Shown one piece after another: positions 47,091 through 58,183 of a DNA stretch of 64,000 nucleotides. Under the pieces are notes generated by a model. The model ran no database searches. It worked only from the letters and a program-made list of their open reading frames with translations, and was not told the origin of the DNA. Where the stretch lies: positions 251,472,001 to 251,536,000 of the forward strand of contig JBNRSN020000003.1 in NCBI GenBank assembly GCA_051313645.2, in the 5' to 3' direction. Positions within the stretch are counted from its first letter, which is position 1; each line of letters begins with the position of its first letter. The position numbers and the translations under genes are program-made. This DNA is from Centroscyllium fabricii. Its lineage: Eukaryota.

Positions 47091-47790
47091 TCAGTATCCT
47101 GCAGGACATCTTTTGATATTGTCTATGGAGACAGTTTTAAGAATATGCTTGCCATTCAACTGGTTAATATGCATTTGAACTGTTCTTTTGTTAATAACAG
47201 CGTGTATTTTAACAGGTTTTTTCCACTTCAGTCTTAAACCAGGTTTCTGCTTGAGCTTCTTTTCCTGGACCCATTCTCCTACTATGGGTTGCCATGCTTT
47301 ATTTGTCAATTATTTCTGCCTATTTGCTATCCTTATCCTCTGATCAATTTGCCAAATCTCCTTTGTTACTTCTTTTTTTTTCTTTTTCTAACTGTCGCTG
47401 TTGGGTCAAGGACTCAGAGTGTGTAGAGGCAATAAAAGAACTATGGATAAGCGGTGCATGCACCTCAACCCCATGCATCAGATAATATGGAGTTTATGGG
47501 GAAACTGTCCCTGATACAGATGTGAGCACATTATTGAGTGATAGCTGCACCTCCGGAATGATGGTGGTCCACTTAAACCCCTGATTCTCAACAGTTTGAC
47601 CAATAGCTTTTTTCCTTCCAAGTTTTCACATTCCACCAGCCCTGCTGATTGCGGATGACGTGCCGTGCTGTGCACCAAGCCAATCCCCGTTTGATCGCAG
47701 TAGCCTTTGAAGACCTTTGATACAAAGGCTCTGCCTTTATCAGAGTGTAAGATTTTGGCTGCAGTAATTGTTGTGTTTGTACCTTTCTAC
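47091..47790 (-). pseudogene. Foamy-type integrase (core and C-terminal domain), frameshifted
   Basis: KILHSDKGRAFVS..G..HSTARHPQSAGLVE.EN..KKLLVKLL..KWTTIIPEVQLSLNN..TPYYLMHG and WQPIVGEWVQEK..LRLKWKKP..VINKRTV..TVSIDNIK. Confidence 0.87.
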
Positions 47791-48573
47791 ACAACTACAT
47801 AAAATAATAAAGCAGCAGAGACTGAGAGCAACTTCAAGAGGTCTTTACTGGTTAACTGGAACTGCAGTACTGATGATACAAATCATGTGGTCTAACATAG
47901 AAAATAAGAGCAGGAGTAGGCCATTCAGCCCTTTGAGCCTGCTCTGCCATTCAATTAGATCATGACTGATCTTTCAGATTCAGTACCCTATCCCTGCCTT
48001 CTCCCCATATCCCTTTATCCCTTCAGCCTGAAGAAATATATCCAACTCCTTCTTGAATATATTTAGTGAACCGGCCTCCACCGCCCTCTGTGGCAGAGAA
48101 TTCCACAGGTTCACCACTCTCTGGGTGAAGAAATTCCCCCTCCTCTCAGTCCTAAATGGCTTTCCCCTTATCCTTAGACTATGGCCCCTGGTTCTAGATT
48201 CCCCTTTCATCAGAAACATCCTTCCTGCATTCAGTCTGTCCAGGCCTGAAAGAATGTTATAGGTTTCGATGAGATACCCTCTCAATCATCTGAACTCCAG
48301 TGAGTATAAGCCCAATCAACTCAATCTCTCCCCATACGTCATTCCTGCCATCCCAGGTATCAGCCTGGTGAATCTTTGCTGCACTCCTTCAATGGCAAGA
48401 ACGTCTTTCATCAGATGAGACGACCAAAACTGCACAGAATACTCGAAATGTGATCTCACCAATGTCCTGTAGAGCTGCAGCAAGACATCCTTGTTCTTAT
48501 ATTCGAACCCTCGTGCTACGAAGGCCAACATACCATTTGCCTTCTAAACCTCCTGTTGCACCTGCATGCTTAC

Positions 48574-48802
48574 TGTAATGATATTGAGACTTCCGGCAGG
48601 AAATCGGATGAACTCTGCTTATGAACTTCCAGTGACATCACGTCCTGTACATGTCACTTCCTGTGTAGTAGTATAAATTCTGCTACTATTCAGTCTGAGA
48701 TAATGCTTCTCTATGTAAATATGTTAAAACTCTCAAATCTGTAAATAGCTGATTAAAGCTTTGCTTAAGGTATTTGATGTGTAAGTCACTTTTGTCAGAT
48801 CA
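48574..48802 (+). repeat. Solo LTR related to element D, inside CR1 copy 2
   Basis: TGTAATGATATTG..AGATCA; TSD CTTAC on both sides; shares GTACATGTCACTTCCTGTG, TATAAA and GATTAAA with the D LTR. Confidence 0.9.
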
Positions 48803-49972
48803 CTTACCTTCAGTGACTGGTGCACAAGAACACCCAGATCTCTTTACACTTCCCCATCTCCCAATCTATTGCCATTCAAATAATTATCTGCCCTCACATT
48901 TATCCACATTATAGTGCATTTGCCATGTATCTGCCCAATCCCCCATCCTGTCCAAACTGCATTGGAGTTTCTCGACATCCTCCTCACAGCATACCCTCCC
49001 ACCCAGCTTTGTGTCGTCTGCAAATTTAGAGATATTACATCCAATTCCCTCATTCAGATCATTCATATATATTGTGAACAGCTGGGGTCCTGGGACCGAT
49101 CCTTGCGGTACCCCACTAGTCACTGCCCGCCACTCAGAAAATGACCCGTTTATTCCAACTCTCTGTTTTCTATCTGCCAACCAGTTCTCTATCCAAGCCA
49201 ATACCTTGCCCCCAATACCATGAGCCTTAATTTTGCATGCTAATCTCTTATGAGGGACCTTATCGAAAGCTTTCTGAAAGTCCAAATACACGACGTCTAC
49301 TGGTTCTCCCCTATCTGTTTTACCAGTTACATCCTCAAAAAAATCCAGTAGATTAGTCAAGCACGATTTACCTTTTGTAAATCCATGTTGACTCTGTCCG
49401 ATACTGTCACTGTTTTTCAAGTGTACTGCTATTACATCTTTAATAATGGACTCCAGCATTTTCCCCACTACCGATGTCAGGCTTACTGGTCTATAATTTC
49501 CCACTTTTTCTCTACCCCCTTTTTTGAATAGTGGGGTAACAATAGCTACTTTCCAATCCATGGGCACTGTTCCAGAGTCTATCGAGTTCTGGAAATTGAT
49601 CAGCAATGCATCTGCTCTCTCCAGAGCCACTTCCTTAAGTACCCTAGGATGTAGATTATCAGGCCCTGGGGATTTGTCGGCCTTCAATCCCTTCAACTTC
49701 CCCAACACCATATCCCTGCAAATATTGATTTTATCAGTTCCTCCCTCTCATTAGTCCCTGTGTTTCCCAACATCTCTGGGAGGTTATTTGTGTCCTTCTT
49801 TGTGAAGGCAGAACCAAAATATGTATTTAATTGGTCTTCCAGTTCCTTGTTCCCCATTATATATTCCCCTGACTCGGACTGCAAGGGACCAATGCTTGAT
49901 TCCACTAATCTTTTCCTCTAAACATATCTATAAAAGCTTTTGCAGTCAGTTTTTATGTTCGCCGCAAGCTTA

Positions 49973-50375
49973 CATAGAAACATAGAAGATAGGAGCAGGA
50001 GTAGGCCATTCGGCCCTTCGCGCCGGCTCCGCCATTCAATGAGATCATGGCTGATCATCCAAACCCAGTAACCTGTCCCTGCCTTCTCCCCATATCCCTT
50101 GATCCCTATCGCGCCTGCACCGGCACATATCCCACCCTATCCCCGTAACCTCACATATTCAATCCCCCTAACACTAAGGGTCAATTTATCCTGGCTAATC
50201 AACCTAACCCGCACATCTTTGGACTGTGGGAGGAAACCGGAGCACCTGGAGGAAACCCACGCAGACACGGGGAGAATGTACAAACTCCACACAGATAGTA
50301 CCCGAGGCTGGATCTGAACCCGGGTCTCTAGTGCTGTGAGGCAACAGTGCTAACCACTATGCCACCGTGCCGCCC
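49973..50375 (-). mobile_element. HE1-like V-SINE with a CR1-derived 3' tail
   Basis: Head GGGCGGCACGGTGGCATAGTGGTTAGC..CCCGGGTTCAGATCC, V-domain, tail nearly identical to the CR1 3' UTR; splits CR1 copy 2. Confidence 0.9.
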
Positions 50376-51534
50376 TTTCATAATCTATTTTCCCCCTCTT
50401 AATGAATCCCTTTGCTGTATCCTAAGCTGCTCCCAATCTTCAGGTCTGTTGCTTTTTTTGGCCAATTTATATGCCCTCTCTTTGGATTTTATGTTATCTC
50501 TAATTTCCCTTGTTATCCACAATTGAGTCACCTTTTTTGGTTTATTTTTATGCCAAAATGGTATAAACAAGTTCTGTAATTCTTCCATTCGATCTTTGAA
50601 TGTTTGCCATCGTCCATCCACCGTCAACCCCCGAGCGACACCACCCAATCAATACTACCCAACTCGCGTCTGATACCATCATAGTTCCCTTTACTTAAAT
50701 TCAGGACCTTAGTCTCTGAGTCAATTTCTTCAATTTCCATCTTAAGTGAGAATTCGATCATATTATGATCGCTCCGACCACAGGGGCCTCGCACAACAAG
50801 ATTGCTAATTAATCCTTTCTCATTGCATAATACCCAGTCTAAGATTGCCTGATCCCGAGTTGGTTCCTCGACATATTGGTCCAGGAAATCATCTTGTATA
50901 CACTCCAGGAATTCCTCCTCCACAGTATTGTTACTGATTTGGTTAGTCCAATCTATATGTAGATTAAAGTCACCCATGATGACTGCTGTGCCCTTATTGC
51001 TTGCTTCCCTGATTTCCCTTTTTATGCCATCCCCAACCTCAGCATTACTGTTTCGGGGTCTATACACCTCTTCCACTAATGTTTTCTGCCCTTTTGTATT
51101 TCTCAGTTTGACCCATACAGATTCCACATCATCAGAGCCAATGTCTTTCCTTACAATTGTGTTAATCCCCTCTTTAACCAGCAATGCTACCCCACCTCCC
51201 TTTCCTTTTTGCCTATCTTTCCTGAATATTGAATACCCCTGGATGTTGAGGTCCCAGTCCTGGTCACCCTGGAGCCATGTTTCCGTAATTCCAATCATAT
51301 CATATCCGTTAACCTCTATTTGCGCTGCTAATTCATCCACCTTGTTACGAATGCTCCTTGCATTGAGACACAAAGCCTTCAGGCTTGTTTTTCTAATGCT
51401 CTTAGACCTTTTAGAATTATTATTTACTATGGCCATGTTTTATTTCCACCCTTGATTTCTCTGACTGCCACCTTTGTTTCTCTCCTTCCTGTCTTTTGCT
51501 TCTATCCTTGTTTCCCTTTCCTTAGTCTCCCTGC

Positions 51535-52238
51535 TACTTGCTGTCAAGGCAGTGCCAAGAAGGTTCACTAGGTTAATTCCGGGGATGAGGGGGCTGACAT
51601 ATGATGAGAGGCTGAGTAGATTGGGCCTCTACTCATTGGAGTTCAGAAGAATGAGAGTCGATCTTATTGAAACATATAAGATTGTGAGAGGGCTTGATCG
51701 GGTGGATGCGATGAGGATGTTCCCAATGGTGGGTGAAACTAGGACTAGGGGGCATAATCTTAAAATAAGGGGTTGCCATTTCAAAACTGAGATGAGGAGA
51801 AACTTCTTCACTCAGAGGGTGGTGGGGCTGTGGAATTTGCTGCCCCAGAGAGCTGTGGAAGCTACAACATTGAATAAATTTAAAACAGAGATAGACAGTT
51901 TCCTGGAAGTAAAGGGAATTAGGTGTTATGGTGAGCGAGCAGGTAAGTGGACGTGAGGCTAGGTTCAGATCGGCCATGTGATCTCCTGGACCAGTTTTTG
52001 ATCGCCTAGATGGGTCGGAGAGGAATTTCCCAGATTTTTTCTCCCAAATTGGCCACTGGGTTTTTTATCTGGTTTTTCACCTCTCCCGGGTGATCACATG
52101 GGTTTGGGCGGGATGGAAAGTAAAAATAAAATTGAGGTTAGGATCAGATCAGCCATGATCTTGTTGAATGGCGGAGCAGGCTCGAGGGGCCGATTGGCCT
52201 ACACCTGCTCCTATTTCTTATGTTCTTATGTTCTTATG
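51535..52238 (+). mobile_element. 5'-truncated CR1 3' fragment
   Basis: RRFTRLIPG..DLIETYKI..TRGH..RNFFTQRVV..WN; (TTCTTATG)n tail. Confidence 0.9.
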
Positions 52239-53731
52239 ACCCGCTTGTCCTCCGCAGTCAGGCCATCAGGGATCGATGACCCACTCTCCCTCTGGGCAAC
52301 ACGCTTTGGAGCTGCCCTCCCCGCCTTGCTTTGCAGCACCCCGCTGGGGCCTGGAGCACCCTACACCTCCCACCACTCGTCACTCCCCTGCATGGAAGGC
52401 GGCCTCCCCCTGTCTCCATGGCCTTCGTCGGCAGATGGTGGCCGTCCTGCTGCTTCTTCCTCTTCCTCCTCCTGGCCTTCTGACTCTGTCTCCTGGGAAT
52501 GTTGAGGGGCCACCACCTCAGCTGATGATTCACCATCTGAAACAACAGAGGTACAAGACTGAGTTTAGCGTGAGGACAAGGTGGTAGTGTGAGGACAAGG
52601 TGGCAGCAAGGGGGCAATGAGTGCAGGCACTGACTTCTTTGGATGGAAAGTGCAAAGGCTGCTGTTGTGAGGAGCAAGAGGAAGGAGAGAGGAGAGGAAG
52701 ATCGGCAGAATGGTGTCGGCATCTCCTGTGGCGACAGGAGCACTCAGGCAGTTGCCCATAATCCACTGCACGCACACTTCCAGGGGACTTAGCTCCACCA
52801 GATCAGGTGGACCGCCACCCGTGCGGTCTTGCTCACGTCGGTTGTGAGCCAGTTTCGCCTGCAAGGAAAAGGACAGAATCTGAGTTACAGGACAGCAAGT
52901 ATTTAATCTGAAGTGCCTGCTATGGCTGAATAGCCCTTACTGCATGCAAAGTGTCTTTCAGGAAAAGCCTATGCAAAACCCTGCAGCAACAGGCTGTTCA
53001 AGGACAGTGACCCTGAGGAATATTATGTTCTTGCTGAGTGTTCTGCATTGGGGATTTAGAACCCTCTGGCCATACAGTTACGTTGAGATGGAGAGATATA
53101 CAAAAATATACTCACCCTGACACCCGTAGTGAGGTCGTTGAATTTTTGTCAGCACTGATAGAGGGTCCTGGGCACCATGCTCTGGCTGCTGAAATGGCAA
53201 ACCACTTCCCTCCACAGTCACCTGCACTCCTGTGGCACAGGTTTCCTGCCACTTTCAGCAAACAAAATGGCTCTGCGAGCCTCCACTGCAGTGAGCAGGG
53301 CCTTCAAGGCCCTGTCACTAAATCTTTCAGCCCTCTCCCTGGGACGCCTCTCCATTTTATCAACGTTGGGGCACAGGTGTGGCCACAGCAGCAGTCAGAG
53401 AGGAAGTCAGCAGGATGTGCCTGGAATCGGAGGAAGTCCCTCCCCCTTTAAGAGCTGGCCGGCGCCAGCGTGTCTGGCCAGCCGCTGACTCACAGATGAA
53501 GCGCTGCGCCCGTGCTGCACCCGCGCTCGCCGCTAGCATCGCCGCTAGCATCTGCCTTTTCGCCGTTTGCACCCTAAGAGTGCTGTGCAGTGCCTGATTT
53601 AGTTCTGCAATCTCCTACCAGGGCGCAAAAGCCAAATATTGCGGAGCCGGGTGCAGCTTTGCACCCAGCGCTAATTTTAGCGCTACGCCCACTTTACCAC
53701 CCGGAAACGTGCACGACCCAATTTTTCCCCC
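52239..53731 (-). mobile_element. Harbinger 3 fragment: terminus plus Myb/SANT pseudogene (exon 1 53355-53116, exon 2 from 52858)
   Basis: MERRPRERAERFSDRALKALL..QC*QKFNDL|AKLAHNRREQDRTGGGPP, with the same intron position as Harbinger 1; terminal CAATTTTTCCCC. Confidence 0.8.
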
Positions 53732-54119
53732 ATAGAATCATAGGGCAAAAAATTGGCGCCTTAGCGCCGGCCGATTAGCGCCAGAAAATGGGCACAGGAG
53801 TGTTTTGCGCCGAGGGCTGAACGGCCGACTTCTGTTCCTGTGTTCCTATGTGTGCACCAGCAAGTTTCATTTTCTTGGACACATTGGAGGAGAAAAGCCC
53901 AAATTTTCCCAATTGCAAGTAGGAGCATGCCTGCTTGACATCATGAGGGCTGATTCTTATTATATTTGGGGTTGCTGCTAAGTAATGTACTACATGTATG
54001 GATCATGTAGCAAATCATGAAGCAGGAGAGGGCTTCAGAGGCTTCAGCCTACATGTGATACCATTGCCTGCCGATCCAGATTGTTCTGCATGTATAGCCT
54101 GTCCTAATTCAGCTGAGCA

Positions 54120-54305
54120 GCTCACCGCCTCGCTACCTCTCTGTCCTCCGTTAAGACACTCCTTAAAACCTACCGCTTTGACCAAGCTTTTGGTCATCTG
54201 CCCTGGCTCGGTGTCAAATTTTGTTTTATAACACTCCTGTGAAGCACCTTGGAATGTTTTACTACGTTAAAGGCGGTATATAAATTCAAGTTGTTGTTGT
54301 TGTTT
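54120..54305 (+). mobile_element. L2 3' end
   Basis: Matches 11920-12080; (TTG)n tail. Confidence 0.65.
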
Positions 54306-54639
54306 CCGGCCTGTGTGCTTTGAAGACCGCTCATGTTACTTGGCCATAGGCAGATGTAGCCAAGGAGCTAATGGTAACTTGCCAGTCACTGCTTGTTTCT
54401 GGATTTCTGCACTGATGTCATTGTTGGAGGCAGAATCCATAAGACTGCTATTGATCTTCATGAACAGAGACTGTGACACTGGTACAAGGACTCTGACCTT
54501 CCTCCTACCAAGGTTGCCGTGATTGTTTTTCAAGCTGACTATAAACTGGACTTCAGTAACTCAGTATGATCAGTGGCAGTATTCCAAAGAGATGCTAAAT
54601 TGTGCTCACCACCTGCATGCTCAATGTTTCACCATGGTG

Positions 54640-55080
54640 TCTAAATAGCACTCTCACCTTTGAGTCAAAATGGCATGGATTTAATGACTACTCCAGGTAC
54701 TTGAGCACATAATCTAAGCTGACACCAGTGCAGTACTGAAGCAGTGCTGCACTGTCAGAGCTGCTATTTTTTAAAATGAGATGTTAAACTGAAGTCCTGT
54801 CTGCCTTCTCGGGTCGACGTAAAAGATCCCACGGCACTATTTGAAAAAGAGCAGGGGAGTTGTCCCAGTATCTTGGCCAAGATTTGTCCCTCAACCACCT
54901 TCACTAAAACAGATTATTTGGCCATTTATCTCAATCTTGTTTGTGGGACCTTGTTGTGTGCAATTTGACTGCCACGTTTCCCTACATTACAACACTGACT
55001 GCACTTCAAATCTACTCAATTGTCACTGAAGTGCTTTGGGATGGCCTGATGATGTGAAAGGCACTAAGTGAATGCAGGTT
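54640..55080 (+). mobile_element. Deu-domain SINE (SacSINE1-like)
   Basis: CAGTGCAGTACTGA..TAAAAGATCCCA.GGCACTATTT..AAGAGCAGGGGAGTT Deu core with an L2-type tail. Confidence 0.75.
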
Positions 55081-56109
55081 ATTTTTTTTCTTTAATGGCA
55101 CTGTGTACATCAGATATCTCTTACTGCATGGAATTGCTCAACTGGTAGTAGAATTGGTAATTCTGGCATAGACAGTTTGTAGCACAGTCTGTAAAGAAGC
55201 AAATGATTGGCACACCCATTCATGCTTATAAAGCACCTACCATTTCATAGCTGTTAGGTCAATTTCAACAGATACCACTGTTATTCTGTGCCTCCACTCT
55301 GCAGTGGCCAGTCCTTCTCAATCCTTCTTCAGCTACCTTTGGTTTGTCTATAAAACTTGAAAAGTAATTAATTGGCCTCAATATTTACGGGAAGGTGGGG
55401 AGGGTGCAGGTCAGGCTGAAAACGGCCAAAGAACCCATCAAGGGCAGGGACACGGAGGTGCTGCTGATCTTAATGACAGGTCTTCAATACTACCTTGTAG
55501 GTCGGTCTCCAGCTTGGCAGCCAGCCAAATAGACAGCCTGACCAGAGGACGAGAGGGCATAGCAGCGACAGGAGGCCACAGCCAGGGATCCTTGGGGTCC
55601 AACTCCGACAAACGGGAGAGGGGAGGGGGAGAGGCCCACAATCTGGAGGGCCGGCCGGAGGTCAACAATTGGGTTCGATGGATGTCAGCAATCGGGGCTG
55701 GCCGGAGGTCACTAATTGGGGCTTGGGGAGGTCAGCAATCAAGTGGGGCTGGGGGAAGGTCAGCAATTGGGGATAGGGGGAGTTTTGCAATTGGGGCTGA
55801 GGGTGGGGGAAGAGGCTTGTGATTGGGGTGGGGGGAGGCTGAAGGCTTCCTTGAGGGGTCCAGGGGCAGCATTCCTGTTCCTCCGGGACCACAAGGAGTG
55901 CTGAAAGAGGCACATACCATGTGGAACCGGCAGCTTCTGCTTCCGTTTCACTGTCGAGTTTCTTGTCCCCAGAAAATCCGTAGAAAAGCAGTAACTTTCA
56001 AATCGAGCTTCCACTTGCACGATAGGAGCCCGATTTAAATATTTAAATTAAGCATCCACCTCTCCATGGCGAGACACTCGGACAACCCGATATCTGGCAG
56101 CGTAAAAAT

Positions 56110-57325
56110 GGACTCTATTCCATTCTTCCAGTTTCTCCATCTCCGCCGCATCTGCATTGACGATGCCACCTCCCACATCAGTGCTTCCAACACGTCTCCC
56201 TTTTACCTCAACCGAAGATTCCCCTCTACTGTGGTTGACATGGCCCTTGACAGTGTCCGTTCTAACTCCCGCACTTCTGCCCTCACCCTGCCCCTCCCTC
56301 CCAAAACCAAGATAGAGTTCCCCTTGTCCTCACCTTTCACCCCACCAGCCTCCACATTCAATGGATCATCCTCCGCCATTTCGGCCACCTCCAGCGTGAT
56401 CCCACCACCAAACACATCTTCCCCTCACCTCCCCTTTCAGCATTCCGAAGGGACCACTCCTTCTGCGACACCCTGGTCCACTCCTCTATCACCCCCAATA
56501 TCCCTTCCCCTTCACCCGGCACCTCCCGTGCAAGTGCAGGCGATGCAACACATGCCCTTATACCTCCCCCCTTCTCACTGTACAGGTCCCCAAACACCCC
56601 TTCAGGTGAAACAGAGATTTACTTGTAGTTCTTGCAATTTAGTATACTGTATTCGTTTTACATTGGGGAGACCAAATGCAGATTGGGTGACCGCTTTGTG
56701 GAACACCTCCGTTCAGTCCTTAAGGGGAGCCCTGAGCTTCCTGTCTGTCGCCTGACACTTTAATTCTCTGCTCCACTCCCACTCAGACCTCACCGTCCTC
56801 GGACGCTAGCATTGTTCCACTGAAGCTCAGCATAAGCTTGAGGAACAGCACCTCATCTTTCAATTAGGCACTTTACAGCCTTCTGGACTCAACATAGAGT
56901 TCAACAATTTCAGATCATATCCTCGGCCTCTATCATATATATATTTTTTACCCACACTTTTTTTTTGTGTCTTCTTTTCTTCTCTCCCACATGACAGCTC
57001 TCTTTCATTTTGCCAGCGCAATTTACACTTCATCTTGAACCATGCTTTGTTTTTTAACCTGTCCCATTACCATCTCCTTTTGCCTTGAATATCTCTAAAT
57101 TTCTCTTAACCTCTCCTGCCTTCCATCCTATCACAGACCTTCCCTTTTGTTTTTCATCCACTCCCCCTTTCCCGGCCCCTTCACTTGCTTAAAAATCTGT
57201 TCCATTTCTTGCTTTCTTCCAGTTCTGACGAAAGGTCATCGACCTGAAACATTAACTTTGTTTCTATCTTTACAGACACTGCCTGACCTGCTGAGTATCT
57301 TCAGCATTTTCTGTTTTTATTACAG
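56110..57325 (+). mobile_element. Penelope-like element 3' portion (RT thumb, GIY-YIG, 3' end)
   Basis: SIPFFQFLHLRRIC..; VPLVLTFHP; AFRRD; FTC.S.NLVYCI; IGET; EEQHLIF.LGTLQP.GLN. Confidence 0.85.
57221..57257 (+). ncRNA. Minimal hammerhead ribozyme of the Penelope end
   Basis: AGTT-CTGACGA-A-AGGTC-atc-GACCT-GAAA-CATT-AACT. Confidence 0.72.
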
Positions 57326-57579
57326 AAACAGGCCATTCAGCTCAACTAGTCTATGCTGGAGTTTATACTCCACGTGAGCCACCTCCCATTTTATCGACCT
57401 CATCTTAGCCTTTCAATATATCTTTCTGTTCCCTTTTCTCTTATGTTTCCTTTTGGAAGCATCTAAGCTACTTGACTCAACTACTTCCTGCGGTAGCAAG
57501 TTCCACATTCTAACCACTCTTGAGTAAAGACATTTCTCATTTCCCCATTGGATTTATTTGTAACTACCTTGTATTTATA

Positions 57580-57840
57580 GGCCGAAAAATTGGGCAGCAC
57601 ACGGATTGGGGCACTAACCTCGGTGCAGCGCTAAAATTAGCGCCGGGTGCAAATTAGCGCCGGAGCCCCCAATATTCGCTTTAGCGCCGGCCTTGCAGAT
57701 TGCAGCACTAAATCAAGTGTTGCACGGGTGCAAATGGCCAATATTCAGGCGCTAAGTGGTGAGTGCGGGTGCAGGGCTCCATCTGCCACCCCTGTGCTTC
57801 CCAGCAATGCCGGCGCCGGTCAGCTCTTAAAGGGGGAGGG
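57580..57840. mobile_element. Harbinger terminal fragment homologous to 53445-53731 (inverted)
   Basis: Shared GCGCTAAAATTAGCGC and GGCGCCGG.CAGCTCTTAAAGGGGGA. Confidence 0.6.
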
Positions 57841-57854
57841 GAAACAGTATTTGA

Positions 57855-58183
57855 TGTCTCCTCACCTCCCTCTGTCTCTCTCTGTATCTCTACTTACCTC
57901 TCTCTCTCTGTAACTCTCCTAGCCTCCCTCTGCATGTCTCCGATCTCCTCTCACCTCCCTCTGTCTCCCTCTGTAACTCTCCTAACCTCCCTCTGTCTGT
58001 CTCCGATCTCCCCTCACCTCCCTCTCTCTCTGTATCTCTACTCACCTCCCTCTATCTCTGTATCTCTACTCACCTCCCTCTTTCTCTGTATCTCACCTCA
58101 CCTGCCTCTCTCTCTCTCTGTATCTCTCCTAGCCTCCCTCTGTCTGCCTCCGATCTCCCCTCACCTCCCTCTGTCTCTCTCTG
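57855..58183. repeat. CT-rich degenerate minisatellite
   Basis: Repeated CTCACCTCCCTCTGTCTCTCTCTGTATCTC units. Confidence 0.9.

Larger units (their letters stand above)
45004..47790 (-). mobile_element. Foamy-virus-like endogenous retroelement, 3' portion (integrase, short spacer, PPT, 1.46-kb LTR)
   Basis: Spumavirus-type integrase motifs; PPT AAGAGGGCGG (46473-46464); LTR TGTAAAGG..CCCTTCACA. Confidence 0.85.
47894..51530 (-). mobile_element. CR1 LINE copy 2, ORF2 decayed
   Basis: Endonuclease (50624-51436) and RT (48884-49711) pieces very similar to 27969-30872; 3' tail at about 47894. Confidence 0.93.

Noticed and set aside
47255-47285. Foamy-type central PPT in the integrase VQE codons
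   Set aside because: Purine-rich (AGGAAAAGAAG) but not a copy of the 3' PPT AAGAGGGCGG, so not supportable.
50290-50375. tRNA genes (also about 22870-22965 and 33503-33555)
   Set aside because: The A/B boxes continue into SINE bodies; no complete cloverleaf.
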